This document shows, one piece after another, positions 1 to 13,800 of a stretch of DNA of 64,000 bases. Under the pieces are notes generated by a model. That model had not been told where the DNA came from. It made no database searches and was given only the letters and a program-made list of their open reading frames with translations. The position numbers and the translations under genes are program-made. Origin of the DNA: Perna viridis. Taxonomy: Eukaryota. The stretch spans positions 45,793,626 to 45,857,625 of the forward strand of contig CM074516.1 of the NCBI GenBank assembly GCA_037379345.1, written 5' to 3'. The stretch's first letter is position 1; every line of letters begins with the position of its first letter.

Positions 1-606
1 GTTTTAGACTGTATTGACCTTCCAGTTGGAGTTTTTTTGTCCTTTATTTTACCATATGATTATTGGGAACAGGCAGTATCCTAAAGTGAGTTTGTCCTCA
101 CAGTTTTATTGGTTGAATTCTGACAGTAAATGATTAATATTTTCTTTTCATGAAAAGTCAGGTTATAGCAGTCTCTTGGGAAGTCATTAATTTGCCTGAA
201 TATCAAGGTCAATTTAAATTCTCTTTGACACTTTCATGCCCCTGGATTTTACAGTTTTATCCACCCCCCTCTAGGATTTATATTAGGATTAAAGGATCAT
301 AATTTCTCTTGACCTTAATACACTGAAGTATTACACAACTTGGTAATACTGGAATCAGCTGGAATAATATGTCACAAGGTTATCAGAATGGCAAGAACAT
401 TATATATTGATAATTAGTTTTAATAAGATGTCATAATTTTACATGGTAGATAATTGCCTTGACCAATGAAGCATTATACTGAATGTCAGTTATTTTTTGT
501 GCATGAAATGTCATGAAATATTCTCCTAAAACATCTAAAGACCATTTATAATAAATTTCATCATGAGTTTCCAGATCAGCAAACAAGTTCGTATTTTCAC
601 TTCTCA

Positions 607-1475
607 GCTATTACCAGTGTACATTGTCTCAGTCTTTAGTGGAGGCCAGGTTGTTCAGCTATTACCAGTGTACATTGTCCATGCACCCAGTCTTTAATGG
701 AGGCCAGGTAGTACATTGTCCATTCAACCAGTCTTTAGTAGAGGCCAGGTAGTACATTGTCCATTCACCCAGTCTGTAGTGGAGACCAGGTTGTTCGGCT
801 ATTACCAGTGTACATTGTCCATTCACCCAGTCTTTAGTGGAGACCAGGTTGTTCAGCTATCACCAGTGTACATTGTCTATTCACCCAGTCTTTAGTGGAG
901 GCCAGGTAGTACATTGTCCATTCAACCAGTCTTTAGTGGAGGCCAGGTAGTACATTGTTCATTCAACCAGTCTTTAGTGGAGGCCAGGTAGTACATTGCC
1001 CATTCACCCAGTCTTTAGTGGAGACCATGTTGTTCAGCTATTACCAGTGTACATTGTCCATTCACCCAGGCTTCAATGGAGGCCAGGTAGTACATTGTCC
1101 ATTCACCCAGTCTGTAATGGAGACCAGGTTGTTCGGCTATTACCAGTGTACATTGTCCATTCACCCAGTCTGTAGTGGAGACCAGGTTGTTCAGCTATTA
1201 CCAGTGTACATTGTCCATTCACCCAGTCTTTAGTGGAGACCAGGTTGTTCAGCTATCACTATTGTACATTGTCCATTCACCCAGTCTGTAGTGGAGACCA
1301 GGTTGTTCAGCTATCACCAGTGTACATTGTCCATTCACCCAGTCTGTAGTGGAGACCAGGTTGTTCATTTACTTTTGTTTCTATATGTTGTGTGTGTGTC
1401 TATTTTCTGTGTCTAGTTGTTGTCCTTTGATTATGTGTTTTTTTATTACTGTTCTAATCCTGGTTCCCTTGATTC
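607..1475 (+). repeat. Minisatellite of interspersed 58-bp and 41-bp units (607-1367) plus a diverged 3' tail of the Penelope-like family (1368-1475)
   Basis: Unit taccagtgtacattgtccattcacccagtctttagtggagaccaggttgttca aligns to the reverse complement of 38693-38745; the tail ends ggttcccttgatt as in the other copies. Confidence 0.8.
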
Positions 1476-2216
1476 CCCCTTTTTTTTAAACTATGGCAGA
1501 GACAATAAACCTACTGATATTCTTAAATCTAGTAATTAACTGCAGATGAAATAGATGATTTTTTTTTGTAACGTTGTATAATTCAGGTGTAATGAGGTAG
1601 ATTTGATCGTAATGATATCTTATAAAAACAGCAAGCCTTGTTTGATAGGAATGGCCTATCGACATTGATGTTACTGATTGTTCACATATCATATAAGCAC
1701 TCTAACAGCCCACCTGCTGGCAGAGAAATATACAAAACCAATGTTATGATTAAGGATAACTTGTATGGTTTATATATTGCCTGAAGATCAATTGATTCAA
1801 TAACCAACTTCTCTCAGGTAGATACAGGTAAAAGACGTTATGGATTAGTTCTAATTAATCTGTGGCTTTCGGACGGTGCCATAATTAGTGACCTGCCGGT
1901 AACTGGTAATCTAGTATGACAGGAAATTAAATATGATTCCAAATGAGGTAAAAATATTTTTGGATTTGTTTTGTGTGTAATATTCATTTATTGTATTTAA
2001 TGATGTTTAATTTGATGATGGATTCTTTTTTATTGATTGTATTAGTTTTGATTTTTTGGAGCTTGAAATGTATTATTGATTGATCAGCAATAATGTTTAA
2101 TCTATTCTAAACATTATAATACTGGAAATGGCATGCTGACTCTTCCATCTGATAAATGTCTTGCTCTTATGACAAACATGTAATTGTTATTTGGTAAAAA
2201 AAGAAAATCTCTTGAT

Positions 2217-2339
2217 TTTGATTAGGTTAATGAATAATTAATCCATTTTGATTAGGTTAATGAATAATTAATCCATTTTGATTAGGTTAATGAATAATTA
2301 ATCCATTTTGATTAGGTTAATGAATAATTAATCCATTTT
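2217..2339. repeat. 30-bp x4 tandem repeat
   Basis: tttgattaggttaatgaataattaatccat. Confidence 0.95.
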
Positions 2340-4760
2340 ACTAGCATGTACTCGGGTTTGAGCAGTTAGCTTTGTATGATATATTCTGTTGGTGACATCT
2401 ATTTATGATTTTAGATAAAGCCTTTAAATTTTAATTTTAGGCCATTTCTAAGTTATGAAACTTCAATAAAGTGTTATTTATCTTCAGTTTAGATACATTT
2501 TAGAATTCTCCCTTGGTAGTTAAGGAGAAAGCTTGAATAAAACATGTTAGTCCCTATTTTCTTTTTGTTAAATTATGTAAGAACAATTCCTTCACAACTT
2601 GTTGACCGATTTATGAACAGAAGATTCAATTTTAAAGTCAGCTGGTTCACAGTTGATTAACCATTAAGTATCATATTAGAATGGAATGGTGGCGCTATAT
2701 TTACATTACTGCTTTATGAGTTTTAAATATTTCCTATTGTCAAGTCAAAAATCATTCTTATGTTAGATTGACTATGATTTAACAAAGTATTAATGCTGTA
2801 ATGGTTTGACCTTATAAGTTCGTGTAATAATTCAGATTATAATGGATTTAAACACTAAACATAAGATACAATGTTCCCCTGAACTTAGGTAGTCTTTAAG
2901 TGGTAATTGATTCTAACTTTTATTTACAACTTAAAAAGCATGGGTTTCACTCTTTTAGATTTTCTCTAAAATGAGTATTACTTTGTGTACAAATTTTAGT
3001 CATGAAATAACTGTGAAGACGTCATCTTAGATAGCTGTAGGCATTGTAACTGCCTTTACTGTACAATAAGACTTCCAGGAGCAGTCATTATTTTGGTATT
3101 GTCATATAATATCATGCCATCTCAATAAGGTATTATTTCTGATTCAGCAAATCTGTAAATCGTAACTTTAGAAATTAGCAATTCTGTATTGTTTGTTTTA
3201 GCGACAATGGTAGTGTATATTTTGCTTGGAGACTCTACAATTATAATGTCAATAGAGTAACAATAATTATAGGTTGTTCAGTGAGAGAACAATGTCTTAT
3301 ACTACCCACTAATACAATGATACCTGAAACTGAAATGTATGTCATATAAGTGCTGGTATCCTGTTTCTGCATTGACGTTTTCTCTTATATTGACGCTGGA
3401 AGTGAAAAAGCCCATAACTGCCGTGTCAATTAATCAATTAACACTGCAATCTATTTTTTATTTATCTTGGTCTATTATTGCTTGGTTGTGTTTCCCTTTA
3501 TAGAAGTTTGTAACTGTAATAGTCCGTTTTGTCAATAAATAATCAGTGAGCAGTGAGTTTAAAAATTGACTGACGTAGATTAATTTTCGTCTTCTCATGC
3601 AAGGTTTGAAATCATTGAATTAAGACACCGTAGATTCCACAGTCAGTAAGTGATTGGCAATGGAGCTTGTAGCAGTTATGCATTTCGATGATGGGGTAAA
3701 GTGATTTTTTTTTCAATTTTTTAATTAAAAATTTTGAATTAAATTGTTTTTGGTTGAAAAATTTCTTTCTCTACAATGACAGTAATATATATTATAATTG
3801 AAAGTTTAATTTGCTGTTATATTAAAATTGAAGAAAGTATATATTTGATTTTTTCTTTCCATTTTAATTTTTTTTAGTATTTAGTTCAAATGTTCTTAGA
3901 ATCATTGGTTTGGTAAATTTAAAATAAATTGTTATTTTTTTTTTCAGCTTGTATTGAATTTTTCAAATTATTTACAAATTCAAATAAATAGTAGCAACAG
4001 TGGATAACTTAAGTTCAAACCATTTTCTGGTGTTGCTACAACATGTCAATCTATTCTCTAATATGTTTGGGTCAGATTTTTAACTTTGGTCAAGAAATCA
4101 GTAGTTGTTGTATTAACAGTAAAATATCACACTATATTTCTGGTTTTCTACTGGTATATACTGTTAATATTAATGTAGAAAAGACCAAATTGATACACTC
4201 CCCCTCCCCCCCCAAAAAAAATACTAGATGGTCAGAGGATTATTGTAGACATTGTGTAAATGTTTATATTGCTGCCTTAAAATGTCTTCAAATTAGAGCG
4301 CAAAATGTATTTATGTAAAAAAATCAAAAGGATTTGATGATGATAACATAAAAGTAGTATTTACTTGTATATCTGTTAATTTGTTCTGATGCATTGTACA
4401 GTCAAACAAAGTACTTAATTGTTGATCAGGTGAACTTTAACCTTATAAAGACAGTGAATAACACTTTTTACTAGATAAATTATTCTTTGTGTTTACAAAT
4501 TGGACTAAACCTGAAGTAATAGTATTGATGTCCAATAAATTTCTTGTTATAAGTTACCCAGCTTAATGTTTCTATCTACAAACCTGATAAGAACTTTTAC
4601 AATACTCTTTGTTTACTGTTAGAAAACATATTTCTTTACTCCTCAACTTTGACTGGACTTAATGGTCCAGTTTTTACTCTTCAACTTTGACTGGACTTCA
4701 TGGTCCAGTTTTATGCACTAGAACACTAGTTTTCATATTTTTCAGGAACCAGTTGGTGAT

Positions 4761-4878
4761 ATGGAACAGTTAGAGAAGTTCCAGATAATATTTAACAATC
4801 CACTGGCCACATACCATGCTGGTGATACTGTGTTTGGGTATGGATGGATTGTTCTCAAGAACTCCATGTTTGTACAAA
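4761..4878 (+). CDS. ARRDC-like coding exon 1 (MEQLEKFQIIFNNPLATYHAGDTVFGYGWIVLKNSMFVQ)
   Basis: Acceptor ttttcag ends at 4745, ATG at 4761, donor GTGAGT at 4879. Confidence 0.88.
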
Positions 4879-7800
4879 GTGAGTAAATATTTTTTTGCTG
4901 GAAACTCAAAAATGAAGTAAATAAATTTTCTACAGGTCATGACTTTGTATGTGATTTTAAAGTTTATGATATTTGGTTTTGCTGTTATGTATTCTACTGT
5001 TTTAAGGTTGTGTGATTATTAATTCCAAACTTAAGGAAATTCTGCTAATGTTATTTTTCTATTAGGCCATATCAATTAAATTTGTAGATTCTCATCCCCA
5101 CCCACCCCTACTTAAAAGGGCCAGCCCCAATTTAAAATTTTTTTTTTACAGTGGTTCAAATTTCCAGATTTCTTTTATGTCCATTACTGTCACGTACTTA
5201 TACACATTATTATGGACTTCCAGTAAAAAAATTGTAGTGTAACATGGTGTATATTTACAGAATATCTTGGTATTTTTCTACAGATCTCAGGATGGTTTTC
5301 GCTGTTAGTCGCATTATAAGGGGAATTAAAGAAAAAAAGCCTTGGTATGGCACAAACATAACCTAAAGTGCACATTTCCAGGAATCGTCACCGGGAATAA
5401 GATTTTTCAAATCTTGGAAAATCAAAAAATAAAAAATAAAATCCTCCCACCCGCCTCATTTTTTTAGTTGCTGGTGGATGAGAATCTACAAATTTACTTG
5501 ATGTGGCCTTATCAATTTCTGTATTTTGTGTAAGAGTCTTAGAGTTGACACCAATAAGGACAGAGTAGATTTTCTGTACATACTGATACATTGTGTTATG
5601 ACCCTACTGTTTTTGTGTAATGTAGGTTTTTTTTCTTTCCTCCTAGTATCCTATTATATATGAAAATATCGAGGAACCTTAATCATTTTAGGGGTTTATT
5701 GTAAGTCTTGAAAACTTTTTTTAAATAAAGTTTATGAAAATTACAAAAATATAGTTCAGTTAAGGTAAAAAACCCGACTGGTTTGTGTCCTTTATTAGAC
5801 AGGCAAATTAGAACATTGAAATTTAATATTTTAATTTGCCATGGACTATAGCTTGTAGTAATTCCTAGAACTATAATGCATATTTGTTTATAGAAATAAG
5901 TTGAGGCACTTATTAGTTCAAGAAATAAAATAAGATCAGGGGCCTATTTAAGTGGATACATTGTGGGCATGTGCCCTCCTTAAAATTGACAAACATGTTT
6001 TTTGGACAGGAGAAAAATTCGAGAAAACAATGCAAGAATTGATTTAGTTACACATAAAATTAACAAAGCATGAACAAACATCCATCCTTTCATTAAAAAA
6101 TATCAAGAATTACATTAAAGAAATGTTTGCATTGCTCTGTTCTGTGTCCTTTTCCTCTCTAAATTCAAATCTGTTATCTGCCCCTAAAATTATATTTATA
6201 ATGAAAGCTTGAAAAGACAAAGAATGTAAGACAGAGAATTCTGACACACCCAAGGGTATGTTTTCAAGTTCTCTAAGGAGGCTCTGCCGAGTTAGAGAAC
6301 ATTGAAATCTTACCCAGTGGTGTCTTAGATTTCTTAGTCTTGCATTTTCTAGTGGTGTTTAATTCTTTTTCTCACTTCAAGAATTAATTTTGTGATAACT
6401 ATGACAATTTGTATGCTCTGCTTTGCCAAATTTCCCTTGAACTTACGGGATGTCATATTTTAATGTGATGTCACAAACAGTCCCATGTTTAATCTCATCA
6501 GAAGGTATCTCTCAGATTTTAATAGTGATATGATTGTCTCTTTAGTGAGACATTTCTTGACTCAAAATAAAAATAAAAATGAAGAATTCAAAATTTCTTT
6601 CATAAATCCATTTGACGCAGGCCATAGTGAATTCATCTATATTCTCCGTATATGTTTACTATAGCAGTTTGAGTAATGAGATTAATAGCACCTTGTTGTA
6701 CCATCTCATTCATCATGAAAAATTAATACTGACCAATTAATGAAGAATAGGTCTTGGTTACAGGGTTTCTGTCACTTGATTTATCAATGTTTACATCTTC
6801 AGTGACCTTCAGAGCATGTCATTCAATATAGCAGAATATTGAGGTATTCCCAAATGCATGTATAGAAATAGGTCTTTGCATTAGCATGCTCTTGCTTCAT
6901 GCACTTGAAAAGTTCAGTTTAACAACCAGCATTTTCTCTTTATGTTTACAGGCATTGTGAAACTGAAAACAAAAATTGTCATTTTCAATTCAAAGCATTT
7001 GTCGTGATACATCAAATTATATCAATTCAGGTTTATAATCTGTTCACATGTGCATCAGGGAATTGAATATTGAAATAAGAATTTGGTTTCAGGGAAAAGT
7101 TTGTTTTGCTTGTCAAGAGAGAAAAATTGATTACAGAGAAATCCAATACAAGACAATTGTTTACTTCTGTATTCATGCAATTTCATCTTGATAATAGCTT
7201 TAGTAATAATTGTATGTATACGTTGTTTTAACTTTAATTTTCATGATAAGAAAGAACTTAAGAATGTCAGTAACAGAGATTGTACCATAAGAGTTACATA
7301 TGTATTTATGATTAAATAAGTTAGTGATGCTTGAACCATTAGCTGAATTCTGGTTTAAGTGCCTTATTCCATATTCTTAGTGTTTTCTAATAAAGGTTTT
7401 CTATTTTTTTTTTCATATTCTATCATGATGAGTAAAATATTGTGTTTTATCAATATATATATATTTTTAAAATTTATAAAAGGAATGTACATGGAATCTA
7501 AGCTTCAGAAGATTAAAATGGCAGAGCTTTTCATTGATATTTTTCGAAAATGTTTTGTTTGGGGATGTAATGGAATTATCGTGTACATACATTTTATGTA
7601 TATCTGTAATGATGTCTGTTGGAGTATCAGTGTAGACATATAACATTGACTTTACCTTTATTGAACTATAAATGAGGGAGAGGGCAACATTTCACAGTTT
7701 CAGCCAGCCTCCTTGAGAAGTACATCTGATGCTCTTAACTTTTTATTATACCCTGCCACATGAAGCATGGAGGTATCATGTGATATTTACCAAAAAATTG

Positions 7801-10800
7801 TCTGTCTGCCTGTCCACCCCCAACAGTTTCCAGATAATAAATAGAGAACAGAATAATGAATTTTTTAAAAACTTTACACAGTTGTTAAGTACCATAACAT
7901 ACAGGTTTTAAAGTGTAATTTTAGCAAATCCAAATTGCAGTTTCCTGGTTAAGCCATTTTGAACATTCTGTCGTCCTCCTTTTTTCAACATAAAGTAGTG
8001 GGGTATCACTTAATCTAACATTTATGTCCTGTTGATTTTTTTTTGTGAAATAAAGCAGCACACACACAAAACTCGTATTTAAAGCAGTGCACACACAAAA
8101 CGAATATTTAAAGCAGTGCACACACAAAACTAATATTTAAAGCAGTGCACACACAAAACTCGTATTTAAAGCAGTGCACACACAAAACGAATATTTAAAG
8201 CAGTGCACATACAATACTCGTATTTAAAGCAATACACACACACAACCTCACTTTAAAGCACAACACACACACACAAAACCTCACTTTAAAGCATTGCACA
8301 CACACAGGACCTCACATTAAAGCACTATACACACACAGAATCTCACTTTAAAGCACTACACACACAGAGAACCTCACTTTAAAGCACTACACACACAGAG
8401 AACCTCACTTTAAAGCACTACACACACAAAACCTCTCTTTAAAGCACTACACACAAACCTTCAATTTAAAGCACTACACACACATAACCTCACTTTAAAG
8501 CACTGCACACACACAAAACTTCACTTTAAAGCACTGCACACACACAGGACCTCACATTAAAGCACTACACACACAGAGAACCTCACTTTAAAGCACTACA
8601 CACACACAAAACCTCACTTTAAAGCCCTACACACACAGAACCTCACGTTAAAAGCACTACTAACACACAGAACCTCACTTTAAAGCACTACACACACACA
8701 CACAGAACCTCACGTTAAAAGCACTACTAACACACAGAACCTCACTTTAAAGCACTACACACACACACACACAGAACCTCACTTTAAAGCACCACACACA
8801 CAAACCTCACTTCAAGGCACTACACACACACAGAACCTCACTTTAAAGCACTACACACACACAGAACCTCACTTAAAAGCACTACACACACATCTCACAA
8901 TTTAATCATGTTTTAAGATTTGCTTAATTGTATGGTACTATAGATAAATTTATGTTCCTTTTAAAAACTAATGCTTTCTTCAGTACTTATAAAAGTGGGT
9001 AATTTACCAAAAACTCATTTGTATAATTCTGAAAAATTGATGTTTAAAGATTGAAGGGTTTGATGAATGATATTGTACTGTAGACTGGTTGGTTAATTAG
9101 ATTAAGAAGTGGTATATGCTGAGTAAGGTTTGAGAAACTAGAACAACTGCTAGTTTGATCTCTCTCTGAAGTGTCTTGTAATCAAAGGTGATGATAATAT
9201 GTTATTGTTCAGTACCTTGGTACAATGTTATAAACTTCCTGATAAATCACAATTAGTCCACACCTCAAAGTTTTGTCAGATTTTCTGTTTTAATTAAACT
9301 CGTTAGCAACTTTATCTCCTGCTAGTTTTCTTCTTATGCATTATTTTTTTCTTCAGTGATTATTCAGCTGTATAAACTAGTGATCTGCCTGTAATTCATT
9401 TGTATAAATCAATTTAAAAGAAAAAATGGATTTCTACTTTGTTATTTTTTTTGTTTGATCTGGTAGAAATTTGGTAACAACTTCAATCAGTGCCTCTGCT
9501 TTTTATCAAAATGATTGATTTTGGATTTAATTAAATTTTCCAGACAAAATTGATAATAACTGATAAAAATATAAGGTTTTAGGTCATATTGTAGTATCTG
9601 GGTTCTGACAATAAAACTTGATGTCCTAAGTTGGAAGAGCATATCTTGTAGGATTGTTGTGTAGATGTTGGTAGTCTTATTTCAAATGGCTGGAGAGTTG
9701 GGGTTGTCTAAATATTGGGGGGTCTTAGATAGTTGGAGAGTTAAGGGTGTCTAAATATTGGGGGATACATATGCTTAGACTTTAATTTTTTGATATGGTG
9801 TAAAAATGTGATTAACAAACAGTAAAGGAATCCTTACAAAGTCGTTCAAGTGATGTTTTCATTATTTCTTGCCGTCACAATATAGATTAAACAAAAGTCA
9901 TCTCATTCCATCTGAAGTGTTTTAATTATATATGTTTTGGTGTATTTCAGCCGTATGTTTAGAAGCCATCGGAGAAGCCAAGGTTGAATGGATGACATCC
10001 AGTGATATCCAGGCTTCAGATGAAGAAGTTTTTAATTACACAACAGTTCTTCCTATAAAAGGTAGTTTCCTATTATGACAAAATCAAATGTAGAAAAATG
10101 TGATATTGACTAATGTGATGTATAAAAGGTGAATCAATTAAGCTTGACTGTTCTGTAACAAACTTAAACTGTGTTTTCAGACATTGTTGTGATGTTTTCA
10201 TTATATAGTATAATGGCTTATTACGTTACATTCTTTAAAACATAAAGTATAATTATATAAATATAATAATTATATAAATATAAGCTTTCAGTAATTCATG
10301 TTGACCTACTCTTGAAATAACAATGTGCCCTCAATACAAAACAGTAAAGAGTAATCAAGGAAACCAAGATTCTAGTGAAAATCTAAAGAATGTAATCCAG
10401 GGACAAAGACCAGACACGGAAAACAGACAATCACAACAAAGAACATAAAGTAACTTAAATGATACATACTAAGCAACAAAAATAAATAAGCAATTCAGAC
10501 TCCACTAAAAACTGGGAGCATGGACCAGGTGCACCGGTAGGGTAAGCATCCTCTACTTTTCTAGAAACACCTAGCGAGTTGCTCATAAAAAGTCAAGTCA
10601 GGGGTGAACAAAAGAGGAAAGGAAAACTAAGACATCTTGATTAAGGAAAAATAATTTTAGGAGTCTTAATGACAGTATGATGATCTTTGTGAGTCTGAGA
10701 ACATGTGTGTAAGTAAGAGAAAATCAGTGTAAGTCAGTCCGAGAAAATCTGTTTAAGCTAGAGAGAGTCTGTGTAAGTTAGAGATAATCAGTGTAAGTTA

Positions 10801-13800
10801 GAGACAATCAGTGTAAGTTAGAGAAGGTCTGTGTAAGTTAGAAAAGGTCGGTGTAAGTTAGAGATTATCAGTGTAAGTTAGAGAAGGTCTGTGTAAGTTA
10901 GAGAAGGTCGGTGTAAGTTAGAGACAGTCAGTGTAAGCTGGAGAAATTCTCTGTTCTGTGTAAGAAATGTTGGATTTCTCTTGACTATCTTTACAATGTA
11001 TCAGATAACATTGGTTCCTATTTTATTTATCAGATAACATTGGTTCCTATTTTATTTATCAGATTACATTGGTTCCTATTTTATTTATTAGATAACATTG
11101 GTTCCTATTTTATTTATCAGATAACATTGGTTCCTATTTTATTTATCAACTTATAAATGTCATTTGGCTTGTTCTTACTCAGAGAAGGAAACTGATTCCT
11201 ATAAAATGAGTTCCTTGACATGGTATTGGAAAAATATTTAGAAAAATAACTATGGAATTTCCAAAAAGCCTGAAATTACATGACAAATCAATAAGAGAGA
11301 AATTAAATCTTGAAGAAAATAGAATAATGTGGCTGTTATGTCACGGACACTGAGGGCCTTACCCTTTCCTCTGGAATTTCCAACTAAATTTTGGGTTATT
11401 TTTCTAAATTAATCATTGTTTTCAATGTGAGTGTTACTAAGTATGATAGCCACACTGTCACTACATCAATTGATTGTCTTCACAAGGATTCTTAGAAATC
11501 ATGGTTTTCTTAAAAATAAATAAGTCAACACCCCCTTGGTAAAGAGGATAGACTTTGTCTATTGTATTTTACAAGATAAACCATATTTGTACACTAAATA
11601 TTTTTGAAGTCTTCAATTTGGAAAATTTAACTTCTCATTTTGAAATGTTCAAACAGCAGAAATGTTTATCTGGAATGATTCCATCACATCATGTGAACCT
11701 TGTAAATGTTCTGAACGCTGATAATGAAACAGAGACAATTAATTCTCATATAGAGCTATATACCATTCATCAAAGTTAAAAGATTCCTTTAATGATAATA
11801 TGGATGTTGGCATGTGATTTGTTCTGCTATTTACGGGCTTTGAACTATTAAATTCCAGGTTTTAAGTTAACATAAGATATTAAAGGGGATAGAAACAATT
11901 GTTATATCTAGATTAAACAACTAATTCTATCAATTTTAAATGTTTATTATTATCATTAAAATCTTTAGTTTTTTCAAAATGTGATCTACATGTTGCGTTA
12001 GATTTAAATGTCATAAACAATTCAAGAGTTAGTATGACCTTGATATTTTGTTAGAGATGTACCTAATATCAACGATACCTTCATATGATATCATACATAC
12101 ATGTACTTAAGTTAATCAAGACATGCTTTAGACGTGGTCTATTTATCTATGATAACATGAATAATAACATTCTTTAGTTTATTTCTACTGTACAGACTCA
12201 ATTTTTCACAGCTAACATAGTAATGAGTTACAATCATTCCTTTACTTGAGATGGTAAAAGATTTTCAACATGCAAGCTTAAGGAAGCATGCTAAAATCTT
12301 AATATTACCACAGAGAGTGGAAAAATAATACATAAGAGAATATGTTTAAAATCTATAAAACTGGTAAAATGTAAAATGAAGTTTTGTTAAATTATTCATG
12401 TGCAAATTTTATCACCAAGTTAGAATGGGAGAGAAGAATATCCTGGTCAGTCTGTCTGTCTGTCTGTTAATGTAAATGTTTCAATGGATTGCAACAAAAT
12501 CGGAAAAGTTGGGCATATTGCCATATATGGATGTCTGTATGATGCATGATTATAATTGTTTTTCCCATAACCATGTATTTCATCTACTAGTTATATCATG
12601 CTTATTTGATGCTTTCTGCACTTCAGTTGTTCTGTATTGACCTTACCATTTTACCCTTGACCAGAAACAATGTGATATATTTCTCTTATTGTGTAGGCAG
12701 GTTGACAATTTATGTTGTATTACATTACAGCATGTATTGACTGGAAACCAAGCAACATTGTTTATCATTGTAGGAGTCTAAAGGTTATAAAATTTTCATG
12801 GACATGGAATGTGTTGAATTTCATAGTTTCAATAATTCATGATTTTAGCCTTTACTTGTATAACTATCATGTTAACCTAGACATCAAAGAATAACAAGAC
12901 AATATCATGATCTTTTTAATAATTGATTTTTCTGGTTATTACATGGTAAAGTAATACTGGCAGAGATTTATGAAGTGATTCAGAAGAAGTTGAACATTAA
13001 TTACTTAGTATATCTAATTGAATTGAATTACCTAGGCTCCAAGTTATAGTTCACATAAGACAGCAGAAATACAACTTTATTGAAAATTAGATTCATTAGG
13101 ATTCATTAATATAGGCCATCGTGTTTACAATCAAATAATAATGTATACAATTAAAACAGTAAAGTCAGCATATATTTAATATCTGACCAATATCTATCAT
13201 CTACAGATATTTATCCACATTCTGTTTTATTATGTTTTGTATGATTGATCCCTGATTGTGTTACTCACATGTTTATGTTACAGGAGAGACTCCAGATGGT
13301 GCTGTGTTACTCACATGTTTATGTTACAGGAGAGACTCCAGATGGCGCTGTGTTACTCACATGTTTATGTTACAGGAGAGACTCCAGATGGTGCTGTGTT
13401 ACTCACATGTTTATGTTACAGGAGAGACTCCAGATGGTGCTGTGTTACTCACATGTTTATGTTACAGGAGAGACACTCCAGATGGTGCTGTGTTACTCAC
13501 ATGTTTATATTACAGGAGAGACTCCAGATGGTGCTGTGTTACTCACATGTTTATGTTACAGGAGAGACACTCTAGATGGTGCTATGTTACTCACATGTGT
13601 ATGTTACAGGAGAGAGAAAATTCAGATGGTGCTGTGTTACTCACATGTTCATAAGTGTTTTTCTATGTTACAGGAGAGAAGGACACATCAGATGGTGCTG
13701 TGTTACACTCAGGTTCACATTACTTTCCATTTGAATTCACACTACCACCAAAGGCACCATCATCATTTAAAGGAAAACATGGAAGGTTAAGATATTATGC

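Noticed and set aside
1800-3700. Upstream non-coding exons or promoter of the ARRDC-like gene; likewise the CpG-richer 62200-62450 region for CCHCR1
   Set aside because: Both first coding exons have acceptors, so upstream exons should exist, but their positions cannot be fixed without transcripts.
13245-13790. Three overlapping Cys-rich ORFs
   Set aside because: Translations of the 46-bp array in all three frames; only 13674-13900 is a phase-compatible exon.
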